Made by a program: the position numbers and the translations under genes. Of a DNA stretch of 64,000 nucleotides, positions 1 to 9,636 are shown piece after piece. The notes under the pieces were generated by a model, which worked only from the letters and a program-made list of their open reading frames with translations, made no database searches and was not told where the DNA came from. This DNA is from Veillonellaceae bacterium (GTDB taxonomy: Bacteria; Bacillota; Negativicutes; JAAYSF01). Location of the stretch: positions 8,390 to 72,389 of the forward strand of contig JAAYSF010000038.1 in the NCBI GenBank assembly GCA_012523975.1, read 5' to 3'. The stretch's first letter is position 1. Each line of letters begins with the position of its first letter.

Positions 1-654
1 AAACGATTTGCGCTGCTTATAGTAATAAAAGATTAAAACAAGCAACCCGACAGCAGCGCCTGGTCCCGCCCCAAAGCTAGCGCCTGCGGCAGCATATTCC
101 AGTCCGTACGGCAGCAAGAGATAGGCGAGCGCAATCATAGTTACAACCCGGACAAATTGCTCGGCAATCTGAGAAATTGCTGTTGGCGTCATCATCTGAA
201 GACCTTGGAAATAGCCCCGGTAACTTGACAGCACGGTAACAAAGAATATAGCCGGAGCCAAGGCAGCAATAGCGTAATATGCCCGGGCATCTCGGACAAA
301 TTGATTTTCAGTCAGCCAGCCAGCCGCAAAATACAGTAAAAAGGTGAATGTAATACCAGTAATAGCCAATACGCCTAGGGAGAGACGGAAAACGCGATTA
401 GCGCCGCGATAATCAGAACGGGCAATCTTTTCAGCAACAATTATCGATATTGCCACCGGAATGCCGGCAGACGATATGCTGAGGGCCAGCAGATAAATAG
501 GATAGGCCATCTGATATAGGCCAATTCCTTCGCCGCCCAATAGGCGTGACAGTAAAATCCGGTTAACAGACCCAATTATTTTTACAATTATTCCGGCAGC
601 CGTTAAAATCAGCGCGCCTTTTAGAAATGTATCTTTGCTCACTTGGTTCATTCC
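1..654 (-). CDS. Partial (N-terminal part only) polysaccharide-biosynthesis/MOP-family flippase, SpoVB/YabM-like; 3' end lies outside the window
   Basis: Open frame from ATG at 654 (MNQVSKDTFLKGALILTAAGIIVKIIGSVNRILLSRLLGGEGIGLYQMAY...) running to the window edge. Multi-TM hydrophobic profile typical of SpoVB/YabM/MurJ-like proteins. Position next to spoVT matches the Bacillus spoVT-yabM context. Confidence 0.55.
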
Positions 655-799
655 TCTCCAAAAATTGCCCAGTCCGTCAACGCCATACTAAAATGCATTA
701 TATATTATAACAAAATATACCTGTCGATAAAACAACTTTTAGGAATTGTTGCCATAATGTAAGCTAAGCTGTACTATTATTTTCCCCAAGCGACAAAAA

Positions 800-835
800 G
801 TAGCGAACGCTGTTCGCTACTTAACCGGGAATGGG
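800..835 (-). terminator. Rho-independent terminator downstream of spoVT
   Basis: Inverted repeat agtagcgaac-gctg-ttcgctact followed by a T-run on the minus strand. Confidence 0.5.
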
Positions 836-842
836 CTATAAA

Positions 843-1412
843 TTATTGCGACATTTGCTTAGCAAGGAAACCGGCTGCCGTCTCGGCTAGCTTTACTTCG
901 GTGTCCCCCATTTGTACACCTGGCTGCTTAGAACAGATAACTACAGCTCCGATCGCGTCACCTTCAACAACAATCGGTGCAATAACTTCCGCTGAGAACT
1001 TGATAGCTTCCTCATCATCATCAACTTCAATCGGACTTGCTTTGCCGTGCTTATATTCACTAGCGTTATTGATAAGCATGGCTTTGCGATCGTCCATAAC
1101 CTTCTCGATAATCGGGCCGATTGGCTTGTTAAGAAACTCTTTCTTTGCCGCACCAGCAACAGCGACTACATTGTCACGGTCAGCAATTAGGATAATTTGA
1201 CCGATAGCTTCATAGAGTGAATCAGCATATTCCTTTGCAAAATCGCCTAACTCTCCAACTGGAGAGTATTTTTTCAAAATTACTTCGCCCTCACGGTCAA
1301 CGTATATTTCTAACGGATCACCTTCGCGAATCCTTAGTGTCCTTCTAATTTCCTTTGGTATAACTACTCTTCCTAAATCATCAATTCTTCTTACTATGCC
1401 AGTCGCTTTCAC
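843..1412 (-). CDS. spoVT: Stage V sporulation protein T (AbrB-type N-domain + GAF-like C-domain)
   Basis: N-terminus MKATGIVRRIDDLGRVVIPKEIRRTLRIREGDPLEIY is the AbrB/SpoVT swapped-hairpin signature. Length 189 aa. Sits immediately downstream of mfd, as in Bacillus. Confidence 0.85.
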   Translation of the reverse strand: MKATGIVRRIDDLGRVVIPKEIRRTLRIREGDPLEIYVDREGEVILKKYSPVGELGDFAKEYADSLYEAIGQIILIADRDNVVAVAGAAKKEFLNKPIGPIIEKVMDDRKAMLINNASEYKHGKASPIEVDDDEEAIKFSAEVIAPIVVEGDAIGAVVICSKQPGVQMGDTEVKLAETAAGFLAKQMSQ

Positions 1413-1454
1413 CAGTATCCCCCCTTTTCTACAGTATTTGACAACTTGATTTCA

Positions 1455-1489
1455 GTGATAGTATATATCCCGCAAGCTCTTTTTATTCA
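1455..1489 (-). promoter_or_regulatory. Candidate forespore sigma (sigmaG/F-like) promoter for spoVT
   Basis: Minus strand reads tGAATAa -17 nt- ATATACTA, roughly 36 nt upstream of the spoVT ATG. This resembles the GnATA ... CATAnTA consensus. Read by eye only. Confidence 0.3.
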
Positions 1490-1558
1490 TTTTTAGGGGG
1501 AAAAAACATCTAATGGGTTTTGCTGTCAAAGCAATGATTGTCTAAGAATCAAAAAGAT

Positions 1559-4500
1559 TTAAGAACTAAGTTGTTCTAATACCTCGATAATCAACTTTAA
1601 TAAGCCTTTTTGGTCAATTTTGGCCGTATTTATCCGAATACTCGAAGGCGGACCTTGGTGAATTATTATCATGCGAGGATGATTATTCCTTAACTCTATA
1701 ATTTTAGCGCCATCAACCTTGGGATTGCTGTCAAACACCAGTTCAACATATCGCGGTCGTTCAGCTATCGACAAGATTCCAAGTTTACGTGCAACATTTT
1801 TAACTTTAGCGACATTTAACAAACACAGCACTGGTTGGGGCGGATCACCAAATCTATCAATCAGTTCATCCAGCAGTTCGTCGATATGCTCATTACGCCT
1901 TATCGCTGCTATCCGCTGATATATTTCAATCTTATGCATGGCGTCGCTTATATAGTCGCCCGGAAGGTAGGCCTCCAAATTTAATTCTAAACTTGGCTCG
2001 ACCGGAGGCTCAACTTTTTTACCTGTTTTTAGCTCATGCACCGCCTCATCTAGCAGGCGGCAATACATCTCAAAGCCAACACTGACAATATGACCATGCT
2101 GCTGTGCCCCTAAAAGATTGCCAGCGCCGCGAATTTCAAGGTCACGCATGGCAATTTTAAACCCGGCCCCTAATTCGGCAAATTCCTTAATAGCTTGAAG
2201 GCGCTTTTCAGCAATTTCGGTTAGCACCTTATCCTTACGGTAGGTAAAATAAGCATAGGCCATACGGTGTGACCGGCCAACCCGGCCGCGCATCTGATAA
2301 AGCTGAGATAAGCCGAAACGGTCAGCATCGTAGACAATAATGGTATTAGCATTAGGCACGTCCAGGCCATTTTCGATAATGCTGGTACAAACCATAACAT
2401 CATAGTGATTTTCATAAAAATCAACCATCACATTTTCCAGCATTTCTTCAGGCATTTGCCCGTGTGCCGTCATTACCTTGGCATCGGGCAGCATTTCAGC
2501 AAGCTGACGCTGGATTTTGTCAATTGTTTGGACGCGATTATATACAAAATACACCTGCCCGCCGCGTTTGAGTTCCCGTTTAATAGCATCTTTGATAATA
2601 TCATCGCTATACTCAACAACATAAGTTTGAACCGGAAACCTTTCTTCCGGCGGGGTTTCAATGATACTCATGTCGCGGGCACCAACCAGCGACATATGAA
2701 GTGTCCGGGGGATGGGCGTCGCGCTTAACGTCAAGACATCAATCTTAGCGCTCCATTTCTTAAGTTTTTCCTTTTGGGCTACGCCAAACCGCTGCTCTTC
2801 ATCAACAATCAACAGTCCTAGATCCTTAAATATTATGTCAGATTGTAAAATGCGATGAGTGCCGATTAGGACGTCAACCCGCCCATCATTAACACGGGCA
2901 ATTGTTTCACGCTGTTCTTTTGCGCTCCGAAACCGGCTGACCATATCGACAACCGGCCCAAATCCGGCAAACCGCGAACTGAAAGTTTGATAATGCTGCT
3001 GCGCCAAAACCGTTGTCGGTACGAGCACAGCGACTTGCTTCCCGCTCATTACCGCTTTAAAAGCCGCCCTTATAGCAACCTCAGTTTTACCAAACCCGAC
3101 ATCGCCGCATAATAGCCGGTCCATCGGCCTTGGCTGCTCCATATCCTTTTTGATCTCGGCAAGCGCATGAAGCTGGTCAGGCGTTTCTTCAAAGGGAAAA
3201 GCATCTTCAAATTCCCGCTGCCAGGGCGTGTCTTTATTGAAAGCATAACCGGGTGTTACCTGCCGTTCGGCATAAAGCTTAATAAGTTCTTTGGCCAAAT
3301 CTGCCACCGCTGCTTTAGCCTTCGTTGTTGCTTTCAGCCAATCTGTTCCACCCATCTTGCTCAGGCGGGGCGTTTCCCCTTCCGAGCCTATATACTTCTG
3401 CAACAGATGTACTTGGTCGGTTGGAACATATAGCTTATCTTCACCGCTATAGCGTATTAAAAGATAATCTTTATTGACACCTGCGACTTCAAGCGTCTCA
3501 ACGCCAACATATTTACCGATACCGTGATTAATGTGGACAACATAGTCACCGATTTTAATATCGCGAAAGTAAGTGATTTTCTGTTCTTTAGACACTCGGA
3601 CCCGGGGTCTTTTCTTCTGTCGGCCAAAAATGTCCATTTCGGTTATAACAACAAGCTTGGCCTGCGGTAATTCAAACCCGGCTTCAATAATGCCTGTTGC
3701 AATTGTAACGCTGCCAGGCTTTATTAGATCGCCTTCGGCGGCGAAAAGCGCCCGCAGCCCCTGCTGACTTAGACTTTGTTGCAAATTTTTAGCTTTTTCA
3801 GTCGACGACATCAATATTAAAACATGGTAGCTATGATCTTGCCAGTTTTTAAGTTCGCTTTCAAGAATATCTAACTGGCGGTGAAAATGCGCTAAACTTT
3901 TAGCCGTAATTGCAATAATGTCATCAGGCTTGGTATAAGGGGTCTTCTGCAGCATCAGCGAAAGGTACATAATACCATACTGCTGGGCCGATACAGCGAT
4001 ATCGCTCCAAGAAAATGTATTCTTTTTAAGCTCTGGGTTCTCCTTGATTAAAGTAGTGATCTGCTCACGAATTCTGGTTGGTTCATCAAAAACAACCATG
4101 CCGTCAGCGGGCAGGTAGGATAAAAAGACTACCGGCTTGCCAGAGTGCTCCGGTTCTGTCAGCGGCAAAATATCAACATTATCAAGGTTGGCGCTTGAGC
4201 GCTGAGTTACGGCATCAAATTCTCGTAATGAATCTATCTCATCACCGAACAGCTCCAAGCGGACAGGCTGCGAACGATTAATCGGGAATATATCAATAAT
4301 TCCGCCCCGGACACTAAACTGGCCTAGATTATCCACACGATCAACACGCTCATAGCCGAAGGAAACCAATCGGGAAATAAGTTCCTCCGGTTTAACAGTA
4401 TCATTAAGGACTATGGTAATCCGGCTTTTTTCAAACTCTTGGCGGGGCAGCGTTTTCTGAATTACCGCATCTGTACTGGACAAAACAATTATAGGCTGAC

Positions 4501-4837
4501 CGGCTGCCAATTTCCCTAAAACCTCCATGCGACGAGCCTGCAGTTCAAGACTTTTGGCGTCAGCAGTAAAAGTTGTTATGTCTGCTGACGGAAAGTCAAA
4601 GACAGCGACTCCCGGCAATAAGGTTGCAAAGTCAATAAGGTATTTTTCAGTAGTTTGACGATTGGCGGTAACAATTATTAACGGACGCGGCTGTTGCGCA
4701 AAGGTGGCCGCCAGTATAGTTGTTTTTTGCGGACCTGTTAATCCATAGACCCAAGTCTGATGGTTTTCCTTTCTGTAATTAGCAATAACCCGCGCTGCAT
4801 TCTGGTCAGCTGCGATTATCTCAAAAAGTTTCTTCAT
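1559..4837 (-). CDS. mfd: Transcription-repair coupling factor
   Basis: 1092 aa with UvrB-homology N-terminal region, RNAP-interaction domain and a superfamily-2 helicase core (GFGKTEVA Walker A, DEEQRFG). Has the TRCF C-terminal domain. Synteny fin-mfd-spoVT. Confidence 0.95.
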   Translation of the reverse strand: MKKLFEIIAADQNAARVIANYRKENHQTWVYGLTGPQKTTILAATFAQQPRPLIIVTANRQTTEKYLIDFATLLPGVAVFDFPSADITTFTADAKSLELQARRMEVLGKLAAGQPIIVLSSTDAVIQKTLPRQEFEKSRITIVLNDTVKPEELISRLVSFGYERVDRVDNLGQFSVRGGIIDIFPINRSQPVRLELFGDEIDSLREFDAVTQRSSANLDNVDILPLTEPEHSGKPVVFLSYLPADGMVVFDEPTRIREQITTLIKENPELKKNTFSWSDIAVSAQQYGIMYLSLMLQKTPYTKPDDIIAITAKSLAHFHRQLDILESELKNWQDHSYHVLILMSSTEKAKNLQQSLSQQGLRALFAAEGDLIKPGSVTIATGIIEAGFELPQAKLVVITEMDIFGRQKKRPRVRVSKEQKITYFRDIKIGDYVVHINHGIGKYVGVETLEVAGVNKDYLLIRYSGEDKLYVPTDQVHLLQKYIGSEGETPRLSKMGGTDWLKATTKAKAAVADLAKELIKLYAERQVTPGYAFNKDTPWQREFEDAFPFEETPDQLHALAEIKKDMEQPRPMDRLLCGDVGFGKTEVAIRAAFKAVMSGKQVAVLVPTTVLAQQHYQTFSSRFAGFGPVVDMVSRFRSAKEQRETIARVNDGRVDVLIGTHRILQSDIIFKDLGLLIVDEEQRFGVAQKEKLKKWSAKIDVLTLSATPIPRTLHMSLVGARDMSIIETPPEERFPVQTYVVEYSDDIIKDAIKRELKRGGQVYFVYNRVQTIDKIQRQLAEMLPDAKVMTAHGQMPEEMLENVMVDFYENHYDVMVCTSIIENGLDVPNANTIIVYDADRFGLSQLYQMRGRVGRSHRMAYAYFTYRKDKVLTEIAEKRLQAIKEFAELGAGFKIAMRDLEIRGAGNLLGAQQHGHIVSVGFEMYCRLLDEAVHELKTGKKVEPPVEPSLELNLEAYLPGDYISDAMHKIEIYQRIAAIRRNEHIDELLDELIDRFGDPPQPVLCLLNVAKVKNVARKLGILSIAERPRYVELVFDSNPKVDGAKIIELRNNHPRMIIIHQGPPSSIRINTAKIDQKGLLKLIIEVLEQLSS

Positions 4838-4885
4838 TAGAGCACCTCATCCCAACTGGAACAAAAATATAATTGGACGGACAAA

Positions 4886-4909
4886 ATGGGCTTTAGCTGT
4901 TGCTAAAGC
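4886..4909 (-). terminator. Hairpin terminator between fin and mfd
   Basis: Perfect 10-bp stem gggctttagc/gctaaagccc with a 4-nt loop, followed on the minus strand by attttgt. Confidence 0.5.
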
Positions 4910-4943
4910 CCTAGTTAAGTTTTTCTATTAACATTACTATGCA

Positions 4944-5183
4944 TCAGTGCAATCGGTTAACACCTTTGAGAAATGAACTTTCGTTTGCAATACCCAGTGC
5001 TTCAATACAGCAGTCGCATAGTGATTTAACATACATGGCGTTATTTAATTCATCGGTTTTAATTATATCCCGGCGTTCTTCCTCAGTCAAGCAATCGAAC
5101 CCGAATCTTACCTCATCGACCTTATCGACTTCGATCATATCAATATGCGAATCGCAGTACTCACAGCTATAATATATCCTCAT
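4944..5183 (-). CDS. fin: Anti-sigma-F factor Fin (YabK family)
   Basis: 79 aa, MRIYYSCEYC ... FGFDCLTEEERRDIIK ... CDCCIEAL. Aligns well by eye with B. subtilis Fin (MAIHYYCRHCG ... LGFQHLTNEERNDMI ... CEDCQEAL). Located upstream of mfd as in Bacillus. Confidence 0.8.
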   Translation of the reverse strand: MRIYYSCEYCDSHIDMIEVDKVDEVRFGFDCLTEEERRDIIKTDELNNAMYVKSLCDCCIEALGIANESSFLKGVNRLH

Positions 5184-5186
5184 ATG

Positions 5187-5576
5187 CTACCTCCTTGTTG
5201 ATGCTTGAATGACGGTGAAATTCCACATCAGATGAGCCACTATACCGCCCGCAAGACCTAACCAAATACTGGTTGAAAGATGCAAAATTCCGACTGTCAA
5301 AAGCCCAAACAGGCTATGCCCGATTATGCTGAACGCGGCAGCTTTGCTTTTAAATTCAGCATTGCGCCAATCGTATATAGCCTCAAGCACGCCAAAAGCC
5401 GCATGAGTCGCTATAATATCTGCGCCAAGATAAAATGACAGCAGCGTTTTAGCGCTTTCTTCAACTACCGGACTTGCAGTGATTATTGTCAGATTGCCGA
5501 TATATTTCAACAATACCCGGTTTAGCAGAAAACTGAGAGACGCCATCAAACAGGCGATTATGTAAGCCATAGCCAC
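5187..5576 (-). CDS. Small (4-TM) PrsW/CPBP-type intramembrane metalloprotease-like membrane protein
   Basis: Motifs EESAK (EExxK), FSIIGH (FxxxH-like) and HLMWN (HxxxN) embedded in hydrophobic helices. At 129 aa it is much shorter than canonical PrsW. Confidence 0.45.
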   Translation of the reverse strand: MAMAYIIACLMASLSFLLNRVLLKYIGNLTIITASPVVEESAKTLLSFYLGADIIATHAAFGVLEAIYDWRNAEFKSKAAAFSIIGHSLFGLLTVGILHLSTSIWLGLAGGIVAHLMWNFTVIQASTRR

Positions 5577-5733
5577 CTCTCAAAATTGAGAATCAAGATT
5601 ATTATCACCGCCGAGCAGAGCCGTTATACATGGCAGAGTTTCATCAAAAATCAAAAAATGTTTTTGCCTTTTTCAGTAGCAGTTTGAGGCTTCCTGCATA
5701 TTATGTAAAAAGAGCCCAAAGGAGGGGGTAGAT

Positions 5734-5931
5734 ATGAGTTTTCGCAGGCCGGACTGGGAAAACCCCGTGATAGATAATCCTGACATTACTGATAGCAGCT
5801 TAACTGATTTAGAGCACGAACATCAGGTAGGATGCGCCCCGTCTGTGTGCACTCCAGAACCCGGCGTATGGACCTGGGGACCGCCGGTTCCCAGACCGTC
5901 ATTAAAGAAAGCACAAAAAGAAGAAGGTTAA
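5734..5931 (+). CDS. Small hypothetical protein (65 aa, Pro/Trp/Cys-rich C-terminal half)
   Basis: Very strong SD (AAAGGAGGGGG) 6 nt before the ATG. Followed by a hairpin at 5949-5983. No recognisable family. Confidence 0.5.
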   Translation: MSFRRPDWENPVIDNPDITDSSLTDLEHEHQVGCAPSVCTPEPGVWTWGPPVPRPSLKKAQKEEG

Positions 5932-5948
5932 CCGCCATCTCATAAGCT

Positions 5949-5983
5949 GCATTAAAAAAGAGTCTGACCCAATTAAGGTCAGA
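5949..5983 (-). terminator. Terminator of the LysM/M23 peptidase gene, possibly bidirectional
   Basis: Stem agagtctgacc/ggtcagactct. T-run on the minus strand and A-run on the plus-strand upstream side. Confidence 0.55.
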
Positions 5984-6037
5984 CTCTTACTGTCTAATGG
6001 CGTTAGTTCATATGTAGGCGAAGCTTCCTAAATCCAT

Positions 6038-6958
6038 TTATGGCAAAACGCTGCTTGGATTAATCAGCCGCCCATTCTTACGAACTTCAAAATGCAGGTG
6101 CGGCCCAGTAGAATAACCGGTATTACCCATATAGGCCACCGTCTGACCGGCCCGGACATACTGACCTGGTCCTACCGCAAACTCTGACAAGTGCCCATAC
6201 AGTGTTTCGTAGCCGTGTGAATGTTCGATGACCATTGTATAGCCATAACCGCTCAGCCAGCCGGCAGATACTACTCGCCCAGCCATGGCCGCCCTTACGG
6301 ATGTTCCAATATCATTGGCAATGTCAATGCCGGCGTGAAGTCGACCCCAGCGAGAGCCGAATGATGAAGTTAGTGAGCCGCTTGCCGGCCACAAGAATCG
6401 GGCTGGGGCACTCCGGGATACTTGGTAATCGGCACGGGCCACAACGGTTTCTGCCTTAGGCTGCGGCTTTGCCCCCGGAATAAACAGCTTTTCACCAATG
6501 CTAAGGTCTTCCGAATCCTTGCTATTGGCTGTTATAATTTTCGCAACCTCAACGCCATAAGCATTAGCAATGCTCCATAGAGTGTCGCCCATATCTGTGG
6601 TATAAATAATGCCTTTTTGCGGCAATATTGTCAGTCGTTCGCCGATTTGCAGGCAGTTTTCGTCAGTATCAGGGTTTGCGCCTCTGATTGTATCAACATC
6701 AATATTGTACTTGGCAGCAATAACCTCTAATGTTTCACCCTCACTAACGGTGTGAGTTTTTATGGCGGTAGCAGCGCTTTCGGCCTTTTCGGGCTTTTCA
6801 GCCTCGACAGAGCTATCTTCCGATGCAGACTGGACGTTTTGAGCCTCTAAAGGACGGCTCTGCTGCGGCAGCGGAGTTATAGCTACAGCAGTTACCGCTA
6901 AGACAAGCGTCGCTGCTAAAAAAAGCAATGGCTTTCTTTTGAATTTTGCTAAATTCAT
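6038..6958 (-). CDS. Secreted peptidoglycan DD-metalloendopeptidase: signal peptide + 2 LysM domains + M23 peptidase domain
   Basis: LysM repeats (HTVSEGETLEVIAAKYNIDVDTI; YTTDMGDTLWSIANAYGVEVAKI). M23 motifs HAGIDIA ... GNTGYSTGPHLHFEV. Confidence 0.9.
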   Translation of the reverse strand: MNLAKFKRKPLLFLAATLVLAVTAVAITPLPQQSRPLEAQNVQSASEDSSVEAEKPEKAESAATAIKTHTVSEGETLEVIAAKYNIDVDTIRGANPDTDENCLQIGERLTILPQKGIIYTTDMGDTLWSIANAYGVEVAKIITANSKDSEDLSIGEKLFIPGAKPQPKAETVVARADYQVSRSAPARFLWPASGSLTSSFGSRWGRLHAGIDIANDIGTSVRAAMAGRVVSAGWLSGYGYTMVIEHSHGYETLYGHLSEFAVGPGQYVRAGQTVAYMGNTGYSTGPHLHFEVRKNGRLINPSSVLP

Positions 6959-7092
6959 TGCATCTCCTCCGGTATTATTCGTAACTGCGTGGTTAGCATA
7001 AGTACTTTTTAACCAAATTATGCATAATGTGGATTAATGGAAGCTTTTCTGACAATATTGGAATTTTTATCCAAATGGAAAGCATTAAAATA

Positions 7093-7122
7093 GGGCGGGA
7101 TTCAGAGCCCGCCCTAAAAAGG
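7093..7122 (-). terminator. Terminator downstream of glpX
   Basis: Stem agggcggg/cccgccct followed on the minus strand by attttaa. Confidence 0.55.
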
Positions 7123-7143
7123 TTCAATAATAGATAAAATGGG

Positions 7144-8109
7144 CTAAGCGAGTTTAACCACGAACGGCTTACGGTCAAATTTATGGATTGCATCAACAAA
7201 TCTAACCGTGCCTGTTTTATAACGCATCACTATCGAATGTGTCCGAGCTCCGCCGCCAAAATAACGCACACCTTCAAGCATATCTGCTTGGGTGATGGCG
7301 GTGGCCACAAAAAAGACGTCTTCGCCGTGAACCATATCATCAATTTTTAAAACCTTATTGATATCGGTAATGCCCATTCTGAGGGCCCGTTGAACATCAT
7401 TGTCATCTTCCGGCCAAAGCTTGCCCTGCATATCTCCGCCCAAACATTTAAGAGCAGCCGCGGCAATTACACCCTCCGGTGCTCCACCGACACCCAGCAT
7501 CATATGTAAACCTGAGCCTTCGATACCAACACTTACAGCCGGTGAAACATCACCATCGGTGATTAGCTTGATTCGCGCCCCAGCATCGCGAACTTCCTTT
7601 ATCATTTTGGAATGGCGGTCGCGGTCAAGGATTACGACAGTTAGATCCTCAACAGCGCGATTCAGGGCCGATGCTACTGCCTTCAGGTTTTCCTTGATAG
7701 GGGCATCGATATGAATTTTTCCTGCCGCCTTTGGTCCAACAGCAATTTTATTCATATACATATCGGGGGCATGGAGTAAACCACCCCGCGGCGCAATAGC
7801 CAAAACGGCAATTGACCCCGGCCGGCCCTTAGCGACAAGATTGGTCCCCTCCAGCGGATCAACCGCAATATCTACTTCAATCCCGCCAGCCCCAACTTTT
7901 TCACCAATATAGAGCATCGGCGCTTCATCCATTTCACCTTCGCCGATTACAACAGTACCACTAATATTAACGCTGTCAAAAGCAGCCCGCATAGCATCAA
8001 CTGCCGCTTGGTCAGCTGCAATTTTGTCTCCTTTGCCCATTAAACGGCCACTGGCAATAGCGGCCGCTTCAGTAACGCGGACAAACTCAAGCGATAACTC
8101 ACGATCCAT
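7144..8109 (-). CDS. glpX: Fructose-1,6-bisphosphatase class II
   Basis: 321 aa, MDRELSLEFVRVTEAAAIASGRLMGKGDK ... typical GlpX. Adjacent to tal as in Bacillus. Confidence 0.92.
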   Translation of the reverse strand: MDRELSLEFVRVTEAAAIASGRLMGKGDKIAADQAAVDAMRAAFDSVNISGTVVIGEGEMDEAPMLYIGEKVGAGGIEVDIAVDPLEGTNLVAKGRPGSIAVLAIAPRGGLLHAPDMYMNKIAVGPKAAGKIHIDAPIKENLKAVASALNRAVEDLTVVILDRDRHSKMIKEVRDAGARIKLITDGDVSPAVSVGIEGSGLHMMLGVGGAPEGVIAAAALKCLGGDMQGKLWPEDDNDVQRALRMGITDINKVLKIDDMVHGEDVFFVATAITQADMLEGVRYFGGGARTHSIVMRYKTGTVRFVDAIHKFDRKPFVVKLA

Positions 8110-8177
8110 TTAAAATTACCTCCTGCATATCAGTAGCTTGCGCCACCTTATATACTAGCAGTATTTGCTCAATAAAA

Positions 8178-8206
8178 CAAACGGACAATATTGCCGTTTG
8201 TTAGAG
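8178..8206 (-). terminator. Terminator downstream of tal
   Basis: Stem acaaacgg/ccgtttgt followed on the minus strand by ttttattg. Confidence 0.5.
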
Positions 8207-8230
8207 GCATTTACCTAATAAGTGCCCATT

Positions 8231-8878
8231 TTAGCTCATATTGGCATTTTTCCAGTCCTCAAGAAAACGCTTGATTCCTGCGTCAGTAAGAGGATGGTTA
8301 AGCATCGTTGTAATAACTTTATACGGCACAGTCGCAATATGAGCGCCAGCCAAAGCAGCCTTAGTAACATGCATCGGATGGCGAATACTTGCCGCAATGA
8401 TTTCGGTATCAATACCATGGATAGCAAAAATATCAGCAATCACCCTGATAAGCTCCATGCCGTCTTCACTGATGTCGTCCAGACGGCCAATAAACGGGCT
8501 GACAAAAGTTGCTCCTGCTCTGGCTGCCAACAAAGCTTGGTTCGCAGAAAAAACTAAGGTAACATTAGTTTTTATTCCCTCTGCGCTTAACGCCCTTACT
8601 GTTTTTAGCCCCTCAGCGTTCATAGGCACTTTGATTACGACATTATCAGCAATTTTAGCCAGTTCTCGGGCTTCGGGAATCATATCAGCCGATGTTGTCG
8701 AAACTACCTCCGCACTAATTGGTCCGTCAATTAGGGCGGCAATCTCTTTGATAACCGTTTTTATTTCGCGCTTTTCCTTGGCAATCAGTGAAGGATTGGT
8801 CGTTACACCTGCTACTATTCCCAGAGATGCTGCCTCCCCGATCTCTGAAATATTAGCAGTGTCAATAAAAAATTTCAT
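8231..8878 (-). CDS. tal: Transaldolase (short Tal/fructose-6-phosphate aldolase type, 215 aa)
   Basis: [35 protein letters not shown] ... Catalytic Lys context present. Size class matches B. subtilis YwjH. Confidence 0.9.
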   Translation of the reverse strand: MKFFIDTANISEIGEAASLGIVAGVTTNPSLIAKEKREIKTVIKEIAALIDGPISAEVVSTTSADMIPEARELAKIADNVVIKVPMNAEGLKTVRALSAEGIKTNVTLVFSANQALLAARAGATFVSPFIGRLDDISEDGMELIRVIADIFAIHGIDTEIIAASIRHPMHVTKAALAGAHIATVPYKVITTMLNHPLTDAGIKRFLEDWKNANMS

Positions 8879-8898
8879 TTTCCTCCTCCTAACCGATA

Positions 8899-9543
8899 TT
8901 ATTGCTTTTGGTGGGAACGGCGCTCGGCAATAAGTTCAATGACTTCAAGCGAGTTTATCAGGGCTAAATCCTGTTCACGCCGGGCGTCAATAATTTTATG
9001 TCCGCCGCAATGAATACATCTTAACGCAATGCCATCGGGCAGAAGGTTAATCTCGACAGCACTGCTGCCGCAACGGCAGAAAATTCCACCACGCTCAGCA
9101 ATATCATGGACCCTGTTCAGTATCTCCAACATAAGCGACGGATTCTCAATATATTCACCATAATCATCAAAATCCATTTCATGAATAATGCTATCAAACT
9201 CACGCTTATGGTCAGCAATCGTTTTTTCAATAACGTTCCGCTTCCCAATGAAGCCCAATTCAAGGTTTTCCTGAGCACAATAAATTTTGTCAAAATTAGT
9301 ATGCCAGAATTCTTTCTTGTTTAGACGTATTATGTGATTTGTCTGACAAAGCAAGCAAGGGATATTGAGCAGATATTGGTGCCGGCAAGCGGTAAGCGTT
9401 GCCTGAATTTGGCCGCAGCTGCAGCTAAGATCCAGCCGCATCGAACTTTTCATTGCAAACCGCGAAATATCATGATTCTGAATTTTGCCGCATCGAGGAC
9501 AATAAAGCGCCAATGTGGCAACCGTACCAATGATCATTTTCAA
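8899..9543 (-). CDS. Cys-rich hypothetical protein (multiple CxxC/CxC pairs; probable Zn-binding)
   Basis: 214 aa with CPRCG, CSCG, CLLC, CRCG, CIHCG. Immediately downstream of spo0F. No family recognised. Confidence 0.5.
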   Translation of the reverse strand: MKMIIGTVATLALYCPRCGKIQNHDISRFAMKSSMRLDLSCSCGQIQATLTACRHQYLLNIPCLLCQTNHIIRLNKKEFWHTNFDKIYCAQENLELGFIGKRNVIEKTIADHKREFDSIIHEMDFDDYGEYIENPSLMLEILNRVHDIAERGGIFCRCGSSAVEINLLPDGIALRCIHCGGHKIIDARREQDLALINSLEVIELIAERRSHQKQ

Positions 9544-9636
9544 TCCCCCTTTCTGCCTAATCTTTTCGCCAAAGAGGAAAAAAATCCTGCATGCAAAATT
9601 GAAGCATCCGCTGGTTTAACCCGCGGATGCTAAAAA

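Noticed and set aside
2405-2728. 107-aa plus-strand ORF (and several similar 60-110-aa ORFs at 901-1200, 1719-1919, 3167-3433, 3573-3767, 4078-4281) inside mfd/spoVT
   Set aside because: Antisense shadow ORFs fully embedded in long, well-supported genes. No SD, non-coding-like composition.
8397-8933. 178-aa plus-strand ORF overlapping tal
   Set aside because: Antisense to a highly conserved transaldolase. Ser/Ala/Ile-rich low-complexity translation typical of reverse-strand reading.
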